NCBI GenBank assembly: GCA_002269645.1
Contig: NIVC01000526.1
Span: forward strand, 6,057 to 70,056
DNA from: Macrostomum lignano
Lineage: Eukaryota
Direction: 5' to 3'
Length of the DNA: 64,000 nt
Made by a program: the position numbers and the translations under genes. The notes beneath the pieces were generated by a model. It was not told the origin of the DNA, searched no databases, and saw only the letters and a program-made list of their open reading frames with translations. This document shows, one piece after another, positions 34,655 to 55,927 of this stretch (its first letter is position 1; the number at the start of each line of letters is the position of its first letter).

Positions 34655-36655
34655 GACATATTATGAGGGAATATTCTGTAGCGGGGTATTTTGAGGGAAT
34701 ATTCGGTAGCGGGGTATTTTGAGGGAATATTCTGTAGCGGGGTATTTTGAGGGAATATTCTGTAGCGGGGTATTTTGAGGGAATATTCTGTAGCGGGGTA
34801 TTATGAGGGAATATTCTGTAGTGGGGTATTATGAGGGAATATTCTGTAGCGGGGTATTTTGAGGGAATATTCTGTAGCGGGGTATTTTGAGGGAATATTC
34901 TGTAGCGGGGTATTTTGAGGGAATATTCGGTAGGGGTATTATGAGGGAATATTCTGTAGTGGGGTATTATGAGGGAATATTCTGTAGTGGGGTATTATGA
35001 GGGAATATTCTGTAGCGGGGTATTTTGAGGGAATATTCGGTAGCGGGGTATTTTGAGGGAATATTCTGTAGCGGGGTATTTTGAGGGAATATTCTGTAGC
35101 GGGGTATTTTGAGGGAATATTCGGTAGCGGGGTATTTTGAGGGAATATTCTGTAGCGGGGTATTTTGAGGGAATATTCTGTAGCGGGGTATTTTGAGGGA
35201 ATATTCTGTAGCGGGGTATTATGAGGGAATATTCTGTAGTGGGGTATTATGAGGGAATATTCTGTAGCGGGGTATTTTGAGGGAATATTCTGTAGCGGGG
35301 TATTTTGAGGGAATATTCTGTAGCGGGGTATTTTGAGGGAATATTCGGTAGGGGTATTATGAGGGAATATTCTGTAGTGGGGTATTATGAGGGAATATTC
35401 TGTAGTGGGGTATTATGAGGGAATATTCTGTAGCGGGGTATTTTGAGGGAATATTCGGTAGCGGGGTATTTTGAGGGAATATTCTGTAGCGGGGTATTTT
35501 GAGGGAATATTCTGTAGCGGGGTATTTTGAGGGAATATTCTGTAGCGGGGTATTATGAGGGAATATTCTGTAGTGGGGTATTATGAGGGAATATTCTGTA
35601 GCGGGGTATTTTGAGGGAATATTCTGTAGCGGGGTATTTTGAGGGAATATTCTGTAGCGGGGTATTATGAGGGAATATTCTGTAGCGGGGTATTTTGAGG
35701 GAATATTCTGTAGCGGGGTATTATGAGGGAATATTCTATAGCGGGGTATTTTGAGGGAATATTCGGTAGGGGTATTATGAGGGAATATTCTGTAGTGGGG
35801 TATTATGAGGGAATATTCTGTAGCGGGGTATTATGAGGGAATATTCTATAGCGGGGTATTTTGAGGGAATATTCGGTAGGGGTATTATGAGGGAATATTC
35901 TGTAGTGGGGTATTATGAGGGAATATTCTGTAGTGGGGTATTATGAGGGAATATTCTGTAGCGGGGTATTTTGAGGGAATATTCGGTAGCGGGGTATTAT
36001 GAGGGAATATTCTGTAGCGGGGTATTTTGAGGGAATATTCTGTAGCGGGGTATTTTGAGGGAATATTCGGTAGCGGGGTATTTTGAGGGAATATTCTGTA
36101 GCGGGGTATTTTGAGGGAATATTCTGTAGCGGGGTATTATGAGGGAATATTCTGTAGCGGGGTATTATGAGGGAATATTCTGTAGCGGGGTATTATGAGG
36201 GAATATTCTGTAGCGGGGTATTATGAGGGAATATTCTGTAGCGGGGTATTATGAGGGAATATTCTGTAGCGGGGTATTTTGAGGGAATATTCTGTAGCGG
36301 GGTATTTTGAGGGAATATTCTGTAGCGGGGTATTATGAGGGAGTATTCTGTAGCGGGGTATTATGAGGGAATATTCTGTGGCGGGGTATTTTGAGGGAAT
36401 ATTCTGTAGCGGGGTATTTTGAAAGAATGAGGGATTATATATGGTGGAGCGGGGTATTATGAGGGAATATTCTGTGGCGGGGTATTTTGAGGGAATATTC
36501 TGTAGCGGGGTATTATGAGGGAATATGGTGGAGCGGGGTATTTTGAGGGAATATTCTGTAGCGGGGTATTATGAGGGAATATTCTTTAGCGGGGTATTTT
36601 GAGGGAATATTCTGTAGCGGGGTATTTTGAGGGAATATTCTTGAGTGGGGTATTA
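34655..36655 (+). repeat. 28-bp minisatellite
   Basis: Unit gagggaatattctgtagcggggtatttt with variants, about 70 copies. Confidence 0.95.
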
Positions 36656-36657
36656 TA

Positions 36658-37381
36658 CCTTTTTGCGATCTAGTTTGCCAAAACTGCAATCAATTTTGCC
36701 CGCGGAAAAAATATCACTTACAATTTTGCTGTCTAGGCCAAGTCTGCTCAGTCATGACCAGAGTTTCAGCCACAGACAACTCTAAAACTGCAATCAATTT
36801 TGCCAAAACTGCGACCTAGCTTGCCCATAGCAAAGAAAACACCACAGACATACATAGCAAGATCAAAGAATGGCCCAGCGTGGACCTTATAACACGATTT
36901 CAGCGAAGGACCGGCAGCGATTGATTCAAGTATATCAGGATGGAGAGGACTGGCAAGATTTCGGTAGGCTGTTGGGCATCTCACGAAGAACCGTGACTTA
37001 CATAGTTGGACAATTCAACTCAACCGGTCGTATAGAGTCTCTGCCTCGCGGAGGTGCCTCGCGGAGGTGCCTCGTGGAGGTGCCTCGCGGAGGTCCCTTA
37101 ACAATGCTATGATTGAGAGCATTTGTGCCTACGTCTACCATTATAAACTCGCTGTTTATTGTTCACTGTTACAGTTTATTTCGTTACACTTCCGAATTGA
37201 TTCTCAATAAAAATTCTTCTTCGCTTGCTATGGGCAAACTAGGTGGCAGTTTCAAAGAGTTGTCTGTGGCTGAAACTCTGGTCATGACTGAGCAGACTTG
37301 GCCTAGACAGCAAAATTGTAAGTGATATTTTTTCCGCGGGCAAAATTGATTGCAGTTTTGGCAAACTAGATCGCAAAAAGG
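36658..37381 (+). mobile_element. Non-autonomous Tc1/mariner-superfamily element with 126-bp TIRs, TA TSD and a transposase HTH fragment
   Basis: TIRs 36658..36783 and 37256..37381 (cctttttgcgatctagtttgcc...agacaactct); TA at 36656-57 and 37382-83; ORF 36870.. MAQRGPYNTISAKDRQRLIQVYQDGEDWQDFGRLLGISRRTVTYIVGQFNSTGRIESLPRGG. Confidence 0.88.
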
Positions 37382-37744
37382 TAAATTAGGGAGTATATCG
37401 AGATGAAAAGTACCTTAGACTAATTTAGGCCTGACTAATTCGAGCAGAGAACGAACTGAGGGGTTGAGTGCAGCTTTCAGCACTCGAAGACCGCAGCTCG
37501 AAGTGGCGCTCTGCCTCCTGGGAGTGAGGGGTTGCAGCAGACCTATGTGGTGCTGATGACTGGCCACGGATGAGCTTGTTTGCACTGAGGGCTCTTGAAA
37601 GAAATTTTGTTTAAAGAAGAGAGAGAAAGTCAGCGTAACTTTTCTTCAAAGTCTAAGAAAAGATTTCTGCCCATCAAAGAGGAGTTGCATTGCCTGTAAC
37701 ACCCCATTCCCTCTTCTCATTCCCAAAATTCCCCAAAACTCACA

Positions 37745-40700
37745 ATATTCAAACTTCACATTCCTAAACCTCACATTCCTTAAACCTCCCATTCCCCAAA
37801 TCTCATATTCCCAAATCTCACATTCCCAAATCTCATATTCCCAAATCTCACATTTCCAAATCTCACATTGCCGAATTTCACATTCCAAAATCTAAATCCA
37901 TCAAATCTCACATTCCTAAATCCCAGATTCCCAAATCTAAAATTCCCCGAATCTCAAATTCCCAAATCTCAAATTCCCAAATCTCAAATTCCCAAATCTC
38001 AAATTCCCAAATCTCAAATTCCCAAATCTCACATTGCCGAATTTCACAGTCCAAAATCTAACCTCCACCCCAAATCTCACATTTCCAAATCTCAAATTCC
38101 CAAATCTCAAATTCCCCAAATCTCAATTTCCCCAAATCTCAATTCCCCAAATATCAAATTACCAAATCTCAAATTCTCAAATCTCAAATTCCCAAATCTC
38201 ACATTGCCGAATTTCACATTCCAAAATCTCACATTCCCAAATCTCAAATTGCCGAATTTCACAGTCGAAAATCTAAAATCCCCCAAATCTCACATTCCCA
38301 AATCTCAAATTCCCAAATCTCAAATTCCCGAATCTCAAATTCCCAAATCTCAAATTCCTAAATCTCACATTCCCCATATCTGACATCATTAAATCTGATG
38401 ATATTCCCAAATTACATATTCCTGAATCCCACTCTCGGTAATGAAAATATAGTTTTTATGGAAAATCAAGTTTTCGACCATTCAAGTTCTTGTAACGATA
38501 AAAGTCATACACTACTTTAGTTACTAATGGTGAGTAGTGTGCTATGAATTCGATAAGATGCCAAGGGAGCAGAAAAGAGAACTATAAGTACGAGAAGCAT
38601 GCTAAGCACGCACATCTTGCAATTTTTTCTCCGCTGAAGACCACTTTCTGCTGCTGGAATGTGAGATTTGGGAATGAGTTTTGGGAATGTGAGATTTAGG
38701 AATGTGAGATTTGGGAATGTGAGATTTAGGAATGTGAGATTTGGGAATGTGAGATTTGGGAATGTGAGATTTGGGAATGTGAGATTTGAGGAATTGGAGA
38801 TTTGGGAATGCGAGATTTGTGAATTTGAGATTTGGGAATGTGAGATTTGGGAATGTGAGATTTGGAAATGTGTGTTTGGGAATGTGAGATTTGGGAATGT
38901 GAGATTTGGGAATGTGAGATTTGGGAATGTGAGGTTTGGGAATTCAAGATTTGGGAATGGGAAATTTGTGAATTTGAGATTTGGGAATGTGAGATTTAGG
39001 AATGTGAGATTTGGGAATGTGAGATTTGAGGAATTGGAGATTTGGGAATGCGAGATTTGTGAATTTGAGATTTGGGAATGTGAGATTTGGGAATTAGTTT
39101 TGGGAATGTGAGATTTAGGAATGTGAGATTTGGGAATGTGAGATTTAGGAATGTGAGATTTGGGAATGTGAGATTTGGGGATGTGAGATTTGGGAATGTG
39201 AGATTTGGGGATGTGAGATTTGGGAATGTGAGGTTTGGGAATGTGAGATTTGGGAATGTGAGATTTAAGGGGAATGTGAGATTTGGGAATGTGAGATTTG
39301 GAAATGTATGATTTGGGAATGTGAGATTTGGGAATGTGAGATTTGGGAATTCAAGATTTGGAGAATGTGAGATTTGGGAATTCAAGATTTGAGAATGTGA
39401 GGTTTGGGAATTCAAGATTTGGAGAATGTGAGATTTGGGAATGTGAGATTTGTGAATTTGAGATTTGGGAATGTGAGATTTAGGAATGTGAGATTTGGGA
39501 ATGTGAGATTTGAGGAATTGGAGATTTGGGAATGCGAGATTTGTGAATTTGAGATTTGGGAATGTGAGATTTGGGAATGTGAGATTTGGAAATGTGTGTT
39601 TGGGAATGTGAGATTTGGGAATGTGAGATTTGGGAATGTGAGATTTGGGAATGTGAGGTTTGGGAATTCAAGATTTAGGAATGTGAGATTTAGGAATGTG
39701 AGATTTAAGAATGTGAGATTTGGGAATGTGAGATTTGGGAATGTGAGATTTGGGGATGTGAGGTTTGGGAATTCAAGATTTGGAGAATGTGAGATTTGGG
39801 AATGTGAGGTTTGGGAATTGAAGATTTGGGAATGGGAAATTTGTGAATTTGAGATTTGGGAATGTGAGATTTAGGAATGTGAGATTTGGGAATGTGAGAT
39901 TTGAGGAATTGGAGATTTGGGAATGCGAGATTTGTGAATTTGAGATTTGGGAATGTGAGATTTGGGAATGTGAGATTTGGAAATGTGAGATTTGGGAATG
40001 TGAGATTTGGGAATGTGAGATTTGGGAATGTGAGATTTGGGAATGTGAGGTTTGGGAATTCAAGATTTGGGAATGTGAGATTTAGGAATGTGAGATTTAA
40101 GAATGTGAGATTTGGGAATGTGAGATTTGGGAATGTGAGATTTGGGGATGTGAGGTTTGGGAATTCAAGATTTGGAGAATGTGAGATTTGGGAATGTGAG
40201 GTTTGGGAATTCAAGATTTGGAGAATGTGAGATTTGGGAATGTGAGATTTGGGAATGTGATATTTAAGGGGAATGTGAGATTTGGGAATGTGAGATTTGG
40301 AAATGTATGATTTGGGAATGTGAGATTTGGGAATGTGAGATTTAAGGGGAATGTGAGATTTGGGAATGTGAGATTTGGAAATGTATGATTTGGGAATGTG
40401 AGATTTGGGAATGTGAGATTTGGAAATGTATGATTTGGGAATGTGAGATTTGGGAATGTGAGATTTGGGAATGTGAGATTTAGGAATGTGAGATTTGGGG
40501 AATTTAAGATTTGGGAATGCGAGATTTGTGAATTTGAGATTTGGGAATGTGAGATTTGGGGATGTGAGATTTGGGGATGTGAGATTTGGGAATGTGAGAC
40601 TTGGGAATGTGAGATTTGGGAATGTGAGATTTGGGAGATTTTAGATTTTTGAAAGTGAAATTCGGCAATGTGAGATTTCGAAATATGAGATTTGGTAATT

Positions 40701-40800
40701 TAAGATTTGGGAATGCGAGATTTGTAAATTTGAGATTTGTGACTGTGAGAGTTTGGGAATGTGAGGTTTTGAGGAATGTTAGTTTTGGGGATTCTGAGGA
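37745..40800. repeat. Inverted pair of 15-bp satellite arrays (foldback-like)
   Basis: Left arm (aatctcacattccca)n at ~37745-38420, unique spacer ~38420-38655, right arm (gggaatgtgagattt)n at ~38655-40800. The variant motif ctcacattgccgaatttcac is shared in inverted orientation. Confidence 0.85.
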
Positions 40801-40983
40801 TTTTAAATTTTCTTCAACGTTGAAATGCAGCGAGCATTATAGAATGAAAATTTTGATTTAATATTTTATCCATGAATTTTAGCACTTCACATTGAAGTGG
40901 TCATTCACAAGACCATTGGGGTTAACGTAGTGTACAGTGACATTGTGGCTGTGCGGGACCTGGTGGACTCAGATCTATGATCC

Positions 40984-41040
40984 ATGCACGAAAATCTTGG
41001 CCTTCGCAAGGTCACTACCCTCTGGGTGCCTCACGCACTC
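40984..41040 (+). pseudogene. Short mariner transposase fragment
   Basis: Translates MHENLGLRKVTTLWVPHAL, containing the mariner WVPHxL linker motif. Confidence 0.6.
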
Positions 41041-41865
41041 CTACGACTGGCTAATATCGTAGATCCAAGTCTGATATATTCTGCGGGAATAAAATCAAGT
41101 TCACAATGTCATTAGAACTGTCATCCATTCGCGTGTCAAACAGAGATTGCGTACCACTAGACTGTCACACAATGTCACACACGCCAGTGCCTGCCAACTT
41201 TCTTCACTGCCAACAAGCCAGCTAGAATCCGAGCTGAACTCTATGCACATTTTTGAGTCCAGACTCATGCAGCTCCCACTGCGCCCAGCAACCATTTCTC
41301 ATCAGCCTCCTTCATCCTTCAGTTTGCACTCATTCCACCCAATCTTCCCAAATCAGCTGCATCTCATTGGGAGGCCCGCGAGGACCGAGAAAGAAAGAGG
41401 AGATTCGATTTGGTGTTTCTGTTCTCTTCCGCCCCCGCCTCTGAGCTCTCTGCCTCTGAGCTCCCTGCCTCTGAGCTCTACCGGTTGCCACGGGCAACTT
41501 GGCTACGTTTGATTACTAAGCCTTTCTCCCAGCAGCTTCCCTGTTCCCTGAATTTCACTCCCCATCTTTCGCAATGCCCTTTAGTTGACCGCGGGGATCC
41601 ACAGCCCTCTCCCGCTGCCCCCCTTCACCGCAGTGCCCTGAAGTTGGGCCCGCACTCCAGCCCATGGAGTGCTAGACTGAGCTATCTGGAGTGGAGACTG
41701 ACTGGTCAAGCCTATTCCCCAACACAGAGTGATGCTTGGGCGATTCTAAATTGAATCTAATATACTAAATAGGCTTTCCAATGTGCGCTTCTGACTGGTT
41801 TGTGGGATGGGGCGGCTGCAGCCTAGCGGTAAACGCGTTGACGTGACCATTATGACAGAGATTCA

Positions 41866-42817
41866 TCCTAAAACAACGGTAGATTCATCCATCAACCATG
41901 GTAGATTCATCCTTCAACAATGGTAGATTCATCCTTCAACAATGGTAGATTCATCCTTCAACAATGGTAGATTCATCCTTCAACAACGGTAGATTGATCC
42001 TTCAACAATGGTAGATTCGTCCTTGAACAATGGTAGATTCATCCTTCAACAATGGTAGATTCATCCTTTAACAATGATAGATTCGTCCTTGAACAATGGT
42101 AGATTCATCCTTCAACAATGTTAGATTCATTCTTCAACCATGGTAGATTCATCCATCAACAATGGTAGATTCATCCATCAACAATGGTAGATTCATCCAT
42201 CAACAATGGTAGATTCATTCTTCAACCATGGTAGATTGATCCTTCAACAATGGTAGATTCATCCTTCAACCATGGTAGATTCATTCTTCAACCATGGTAG
42301 ATTGATCCTTCAACAATGGTAGATTCATCCTTCAACCATGGTAGATTCATCCTTCAACAATGGTAGATTCATCCTTCAACCATGGTAGATTCATCCTTCA
42401 ACAATGTTAGATTCATCCATCAACAATGGTAGATTCATCCTTCAACCATGGTAGATTCATCCTTCAACCATGGTAGATTGATCCATCAACAATGGTAGAT
42501 TCATCCATCAACAATGGTAGATTCATCCATCAACAATGGTAGATTCATTCTTCAACCATGGTAGATTCATCCATCAACAATGGTAGATTCATTCTTCAAC
42601 CATGGTAGATTGATCCTTCAACAATGGTAGATTCATCCTTCAACAATGGTAGATTCATCCTTCAACAATGGTAGATTCATCCATCAACAATGGTAGATTC
42701 ATCCATCAACAATGGTAGATTCATTCTTCAACCATGGTAGATTCATCCATCAACAATGGTAGATTCATCCTTCAACAATGGTAGATTCATCCATCAACAA
42801 TGGTAGATTCATCCTTG
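41866..42817 (+). repeat. 22-bp minisatellite
   Basis: Unit atggtagattcatccttcaaca with variants. Confidence 0.95.
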
Positions 42818-43422
42818 CAGTTCAAAATCAATATTTCGTGATTTGAAATCGGAACCTCTCTAGATGTGATTTTCTAGTACTCCGTGGCCCTGTCCCTGCT
42901 CATGCGCAGACAGACAGACACTCCCTATCCCCATTCAAAGCACTAATCGGGACTCTCAAAGGACGAAGCGATGCACTAAGGCTGGGCAACCTGCAGTTGG
43001 AATTCTTCGGGGTGGATGAGAATTGCAGAGCTTGTGGAGGGAAGGAGTGAAGGCTGGGAGGGAGGGTTACTGTGGGAAGAGTGCGGCTGCGTTGGGGTGT
43101 ACTCTGTGCGCACAGGGGCTCTCCTCTCCCCCCCCTCTCCCCCTCGCTCTATTTTATTCCAACACTTCCTGAACTGCAGTTTGGCAAAGCCGTTTGTCAA
43201 CCAAATAAGGCTTCCACTGCCAAGCCGATCTTCCTTTTAGGATTAGTACTATATCGCCAAGTAGAAATTTATACAGTTCAACTGACACTGTTTATACCGG
43301 TGCCTATTGACTAATTTGGCGTAAGTTTTGATTTATTGATAAATTTCAGTAACGCGTGAGAAAGTTACCAAAACCAAGTTGTTCCTGTGTGTGTGTGTTG
43401 CACCGTTTTGCTGCACTTTATT

Positions 43423-44430
43423 TCTCATGGCGTCCTTGATTTCTCATGGCGTCCTTGATTTCTCATGGCGTCCTTGATTTCTCATGGCGTCCTTGATTTC
43501 TCATGGCGTCCTTGATATCTCATGGCGTCCTTGATATCTCATGGCGTCCTTGATATTTCATGGCGTCCTTGATTTCTCATGGCGTCCTTGATATTTCATG
43601 GCGTCCTTGATATCTCATGGCGTCCTTGATTTCTCATGGCGTCCTTGATATCTCATGGCGTCCTTGATATCTCATGGCGTCCTTGATATCTCATGGCGTC
43701 CTTGATATCTCATGGCGTCCTTGATTTCTCATGGCGTCCTTGATTTCTCATGGCGTCCTTGATATCTCATGGCGTCCTTGATATCTCATGGCGTCCTTGA
43801 TATTTCATGGCGTCCTTGATTTCTCATGGCGTCCTTGATATCTCATGGCGTCCTTGATTTCTCATGGCGTCCTTGATATCTCATGGCGTCCTTGATATCT
43901 CATGGCGTCCTTGATATCTCATGGCGTCCTTGATATCTCATGGCGTCCTTGATTTCTCATGGCGTCCTTGATTTCTCATGGCGTCCTTGATATCTCATGG
44001 TGTCCTTGGCTTGATTTCTCATTGGCACGCTTGATTTTTCATGGGAATGCTTGATTTCTTATGGTGTCCTTGATTTGTCATGGTGTCCTTGATTTCTCAT
44101 GGTGTCCTTGGCTTGATTTCTCATTGGCACGCTTGATTTTTCATGGGAATGCTTGATTTCTTATGGTGTCCTTGATTTGTCATGGTGTCCTTGATTTCTC
44201 ATGGTGTCCTTGGCTTGATTTCTCATTGGCACGCTTGATTTTTCATGGGAATGCTTGATTTCTCATGGTGTCCTTGATTTCTCATGGTGTCCTTGATTTC
44301 TCATGGTGTCCTTGATTTCCCATGGTGTCCTTGGCTTGATTTCTCATGGGCATGCTTGATTTCTCATGGGCATGCTTGATTTCTCATGGGCATGCTTGAT
44401 TTCTCTTGGGCATGCTTGATTTCTCATTTC
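43423..44430 (+). repeat. 19-bp minisatellite upstream of the GRDP gene
   Basis: Unit gatttctcatggcgtcctt, degenerating after ~44000. Confidence 0.93.
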
Positions 44431-44781
44431 AGATTACCCACAAACCTTGTCTATATATGAAAATTTGTCTATTTGCATTGCGTACGGCTGTATACTCGTA
44501 CATTGTTAATCATAAATGCAGGATTTCGTTGGCGACTTCAATGACTCAACCAAAAATATGTTTCTTCTCTCATTTCACTCTAAAGTTCAAAAGAGTTGAA
44601 AATGATCGGACCAGAAAATGTGCACTTTTGCCTCGAACTTAATGCGAGTTACCTTGGTTTGACCCACTCGCAGCTGTTTACATTGCGTTAGCTAGTTTAT
44701 ACTTTGTTTTACAGTCACGAGAATTGGTTGGCGAAGACAGACCAACAGTGACGGTGGCTGCACTGCGCACAGTGAGCCTTC

Positions 44782-44789
44782 TATAAATA
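44782..44789 (+). promoter_or_regulatory. Candidate TATA box for the GRDP-like gene
   Basis: tataaata 200 bp upstream of ATG 44982; position only, no functional evidence. Confidence 0.3.
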
Positions 44790-44981
44790 GAAAGCCAAAT
44801 GACGCACTGAGCTCAGACTAAACACACGCAGGCTGTATGCCTTACCCCTCTGACCCGCTGCATTCTACGAGTATATAGAGTTCCACACCCCACCAGTCCG
44901 CAGCAACTGCCAGTTTCTCTGTGAGATCGCAGCTCCCAGGGCGAAAACAACAACAGCAGCAATTGACAATAGAAGAAAATA

Positions 44982-53426
<8,445 letters not shown>

Positions 53427-54619
53427 GCTGAGCTGTCAATCAAAATTAAAAAAGAGCGCGGAACTTTGCGGAGAGTTATTTCGACAAAAAAACACTTTTT
53501 TAATCTTATTGTTCTTACTTCTTATATATGAGTCACTTTTGTGTCTCCGATATAAATACAGATACAAGTTAGAGTTTCTCTTCTGCTCTGTCTATCACTG
53601 TGTCCCGGAGATCTAGTATCCTAAATCATCGCAGCCATTAATTGAAGAAATCTGCTTTCGCGGCTTTGTTATAGTCCTCGTGTAATTATTCAATAAATTT
53701 CTGAATTGAAAAATAAGAAACATCACTTATTGTCTTATTGACAAAGCTTTGCTATCCTGCATATCAATACTGATATATAAATTGTTTTATTGCACGCATC
53801 TGAGAGTTGCACAAGCTGCTGTAGTGATATAGTTGAACTATTAATTCATATTTATATACACTGTAGATGGTGTTGTTCACAGTTTAGACAATGCAGGGTC
53901 TTGATCGTCTGTTGTCTGTCCGTCTGTCGCTATTTAGTTTTTTCTGCTGATATAAAAAGATCAAGTTGTTTATTCTTTATCCGTTTGTGAATCTTAACTG
54001 CACAGGCCCCACCTGCACAGTTAACTCTCTATAAAAATTGGTCCATTTTGTCTATTAGCACCTGCTTACATGATGTCATACTCAGCTGTTATCTAGGCAT
54101 TTTTGTATGTACTTGTAATTATGTTCATATTCTGCTATGAGCTCATCTCTGTGCTCATATATTTCTCCCCAATTATCCTGCAGCTCCGTGCTTAACTTGA
54201 ATAATCACCAATATTTTAATATCAACAAATTTCAATGCAGATTTACAGAGAGGCGAAGCCTTGCGAGCAGTTCGAAGGAAGTTGATACCCAGCCAAGTAC
54301 TACTCGATCAAAGAGCCTGACAGATCGAATGCAATAAAAACTTTCTCTCGGTACAAAATACTTTTTTTCGTAAGCCTGTCTAGATATGAATTTCTCAATC
54401 TGTGCTTCATTTATCGATTATTTCAATACTGTTTTTCCTAGGGACAATGCCTGACTGCCTGATTATTTATAGTCAGCAGAAATATTCAGTAGTATTCAGC
54501 AGGCCAGTAGTATATCAAAGGACCTAGATTATGAAACTGCGTACGGACCAGTCGGTAGGTAGGGACTGTGCAATCTGATTCCGCTAATTAGATTTCGTTA
54601 TCTAATATATCTAACCTCA

Positions 54620-54885
54620 GATGTGCGCAACCGACAGCTCAGCCGCAGCTATTGCGCGGCGCATCTGAAGGCTGCGTACGGCTGTTCAGTCCAAGGACTG
54701 GGGGGTCGCCACACACAGCCTCAATTACCCCAGCTAATGCTGGCACCCATTTTACAGCTAAGTGAACTGAAGCAATGCAGAGTTACATGTAAGTGTCTTG
54801 CTCAAGGACATAAATGTTCCGAGTGGGATCGGAAATCGAACCCCCGACCTTCCAGTCGTGAGTCTGACGCTCTGACCACTAGGAT
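54620..54885 (-). mobile_element. tRNA-derived SINE with a conserved central domain
   Basis: Minus strand reads tagtggtcagagcgtcagactcacgactggaaggtcgggggttcgatttcc (A and B boxes), then gtccttgagcaagacactta...cacttagctgtaaaatgggtgcc, resembling the conserved core of metazoan SINE superfamilies. Confidence 0.7.
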
Positions 54886-55709
54886 AAAACCTCTAACCGC
54901 TTGTTATAGAGCTTGACTGAAAAGATGAAGTATGCATATTAACCGACTACCTGTTTCCTAACTTCCTGCGTTGAGGGATTAATTAACGAGCTTTTGTTTC
55001 TCAAGCTCTTTGAGAAAATATAGGGGGTATGCGTAAGTTGAGCTGTAAATTTGATATCAACCTTTATCTTTATTCTGGATCTACATCGCGCGTTTTTGTT
55101 CCATGTTTAGTCATCTCTGATTACAGAAGCGCGCAGTCGAGTTTGCGGACAAACAGAGGAAGCAAATCAGGATTTCTGAATTCCTTTTTGTATGTCAAAA
55201 CAAGCGCAGAAAGTGTGAGTCTTACTGAGACTCTGGCCGACTGAAAACTGGAGCGGCAGTTTCTGGTTCACTTTCTAGACACTTCTACAGTGAGTTTGCT
55301 CAGTTTTTAATAATCAACTAAGCCTAATATTTCCATTTGGAGATGATCCGCACTCGATAGTGTAGTGTGGGAGATGATATTTGTGTCTCAATCAAGAGTA
55401 AGAACAGTACATATTTGAACTTAATTTTACGCGTAGGCGTAATTAACATGAAGTAGCCAGTCAGACAGAGGCACGTGCAGATACTAGAATAACTAGATGG
55501 GCCACTCAGAGCATTTGCGTGTAAACTACTTTCAGTTCAGTAGCAAGTTAAACAGAAGCATTTTAATGTATTTTTAAAGCCAATGCTCTTTTATTGGCTC
55601 TTACCCCTCAGCCAAAACCCCCCAACCGCGCCTTTCCACACTACCCACCGCCCCGCCCGCCCCAATTTTTATGGCCTTTCTCGGAATTCTAGCTTAATGC
55701 TGCCATGTA

Positions 55710-55927
55710 CATTTCAGTGGACTGGCTAATGTACATTATTGTTGAACCAATGAGCAAGTTGTTTACGCCTGCAAGCTTGGCTTTTAAACTTATCAAAGTC
55801 ATTTCAGCCGCCTTTATTTTTATACTGAAATTTAATCTTCTTTGCTACTGAACTAAAAGTACATGTAAAAAACTGTTTTACTGAGTATATATACCTGAGC
55901 GGCTCATCTAGTTATTTTAGTATCTGT
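55710..55927 (+). repeat. Dispersed repeat copy, partner at 1..222
   Basis: Direct, diverged match to the first 222 bp of the window. Confidence 0.85.

Noticed and set aside
37646-40861. GNVRF/WECEI/SQISH/PNLTF repeat ORFs
   Set aside because: 15-bp satellite (multiple of 3) open in many frames on both strands.
54835-54885. Functional tRNA gene
   Set aside because: A and B boxes are present, but there is no complete acceptor stem and the sequence continues into a SINE-type body.
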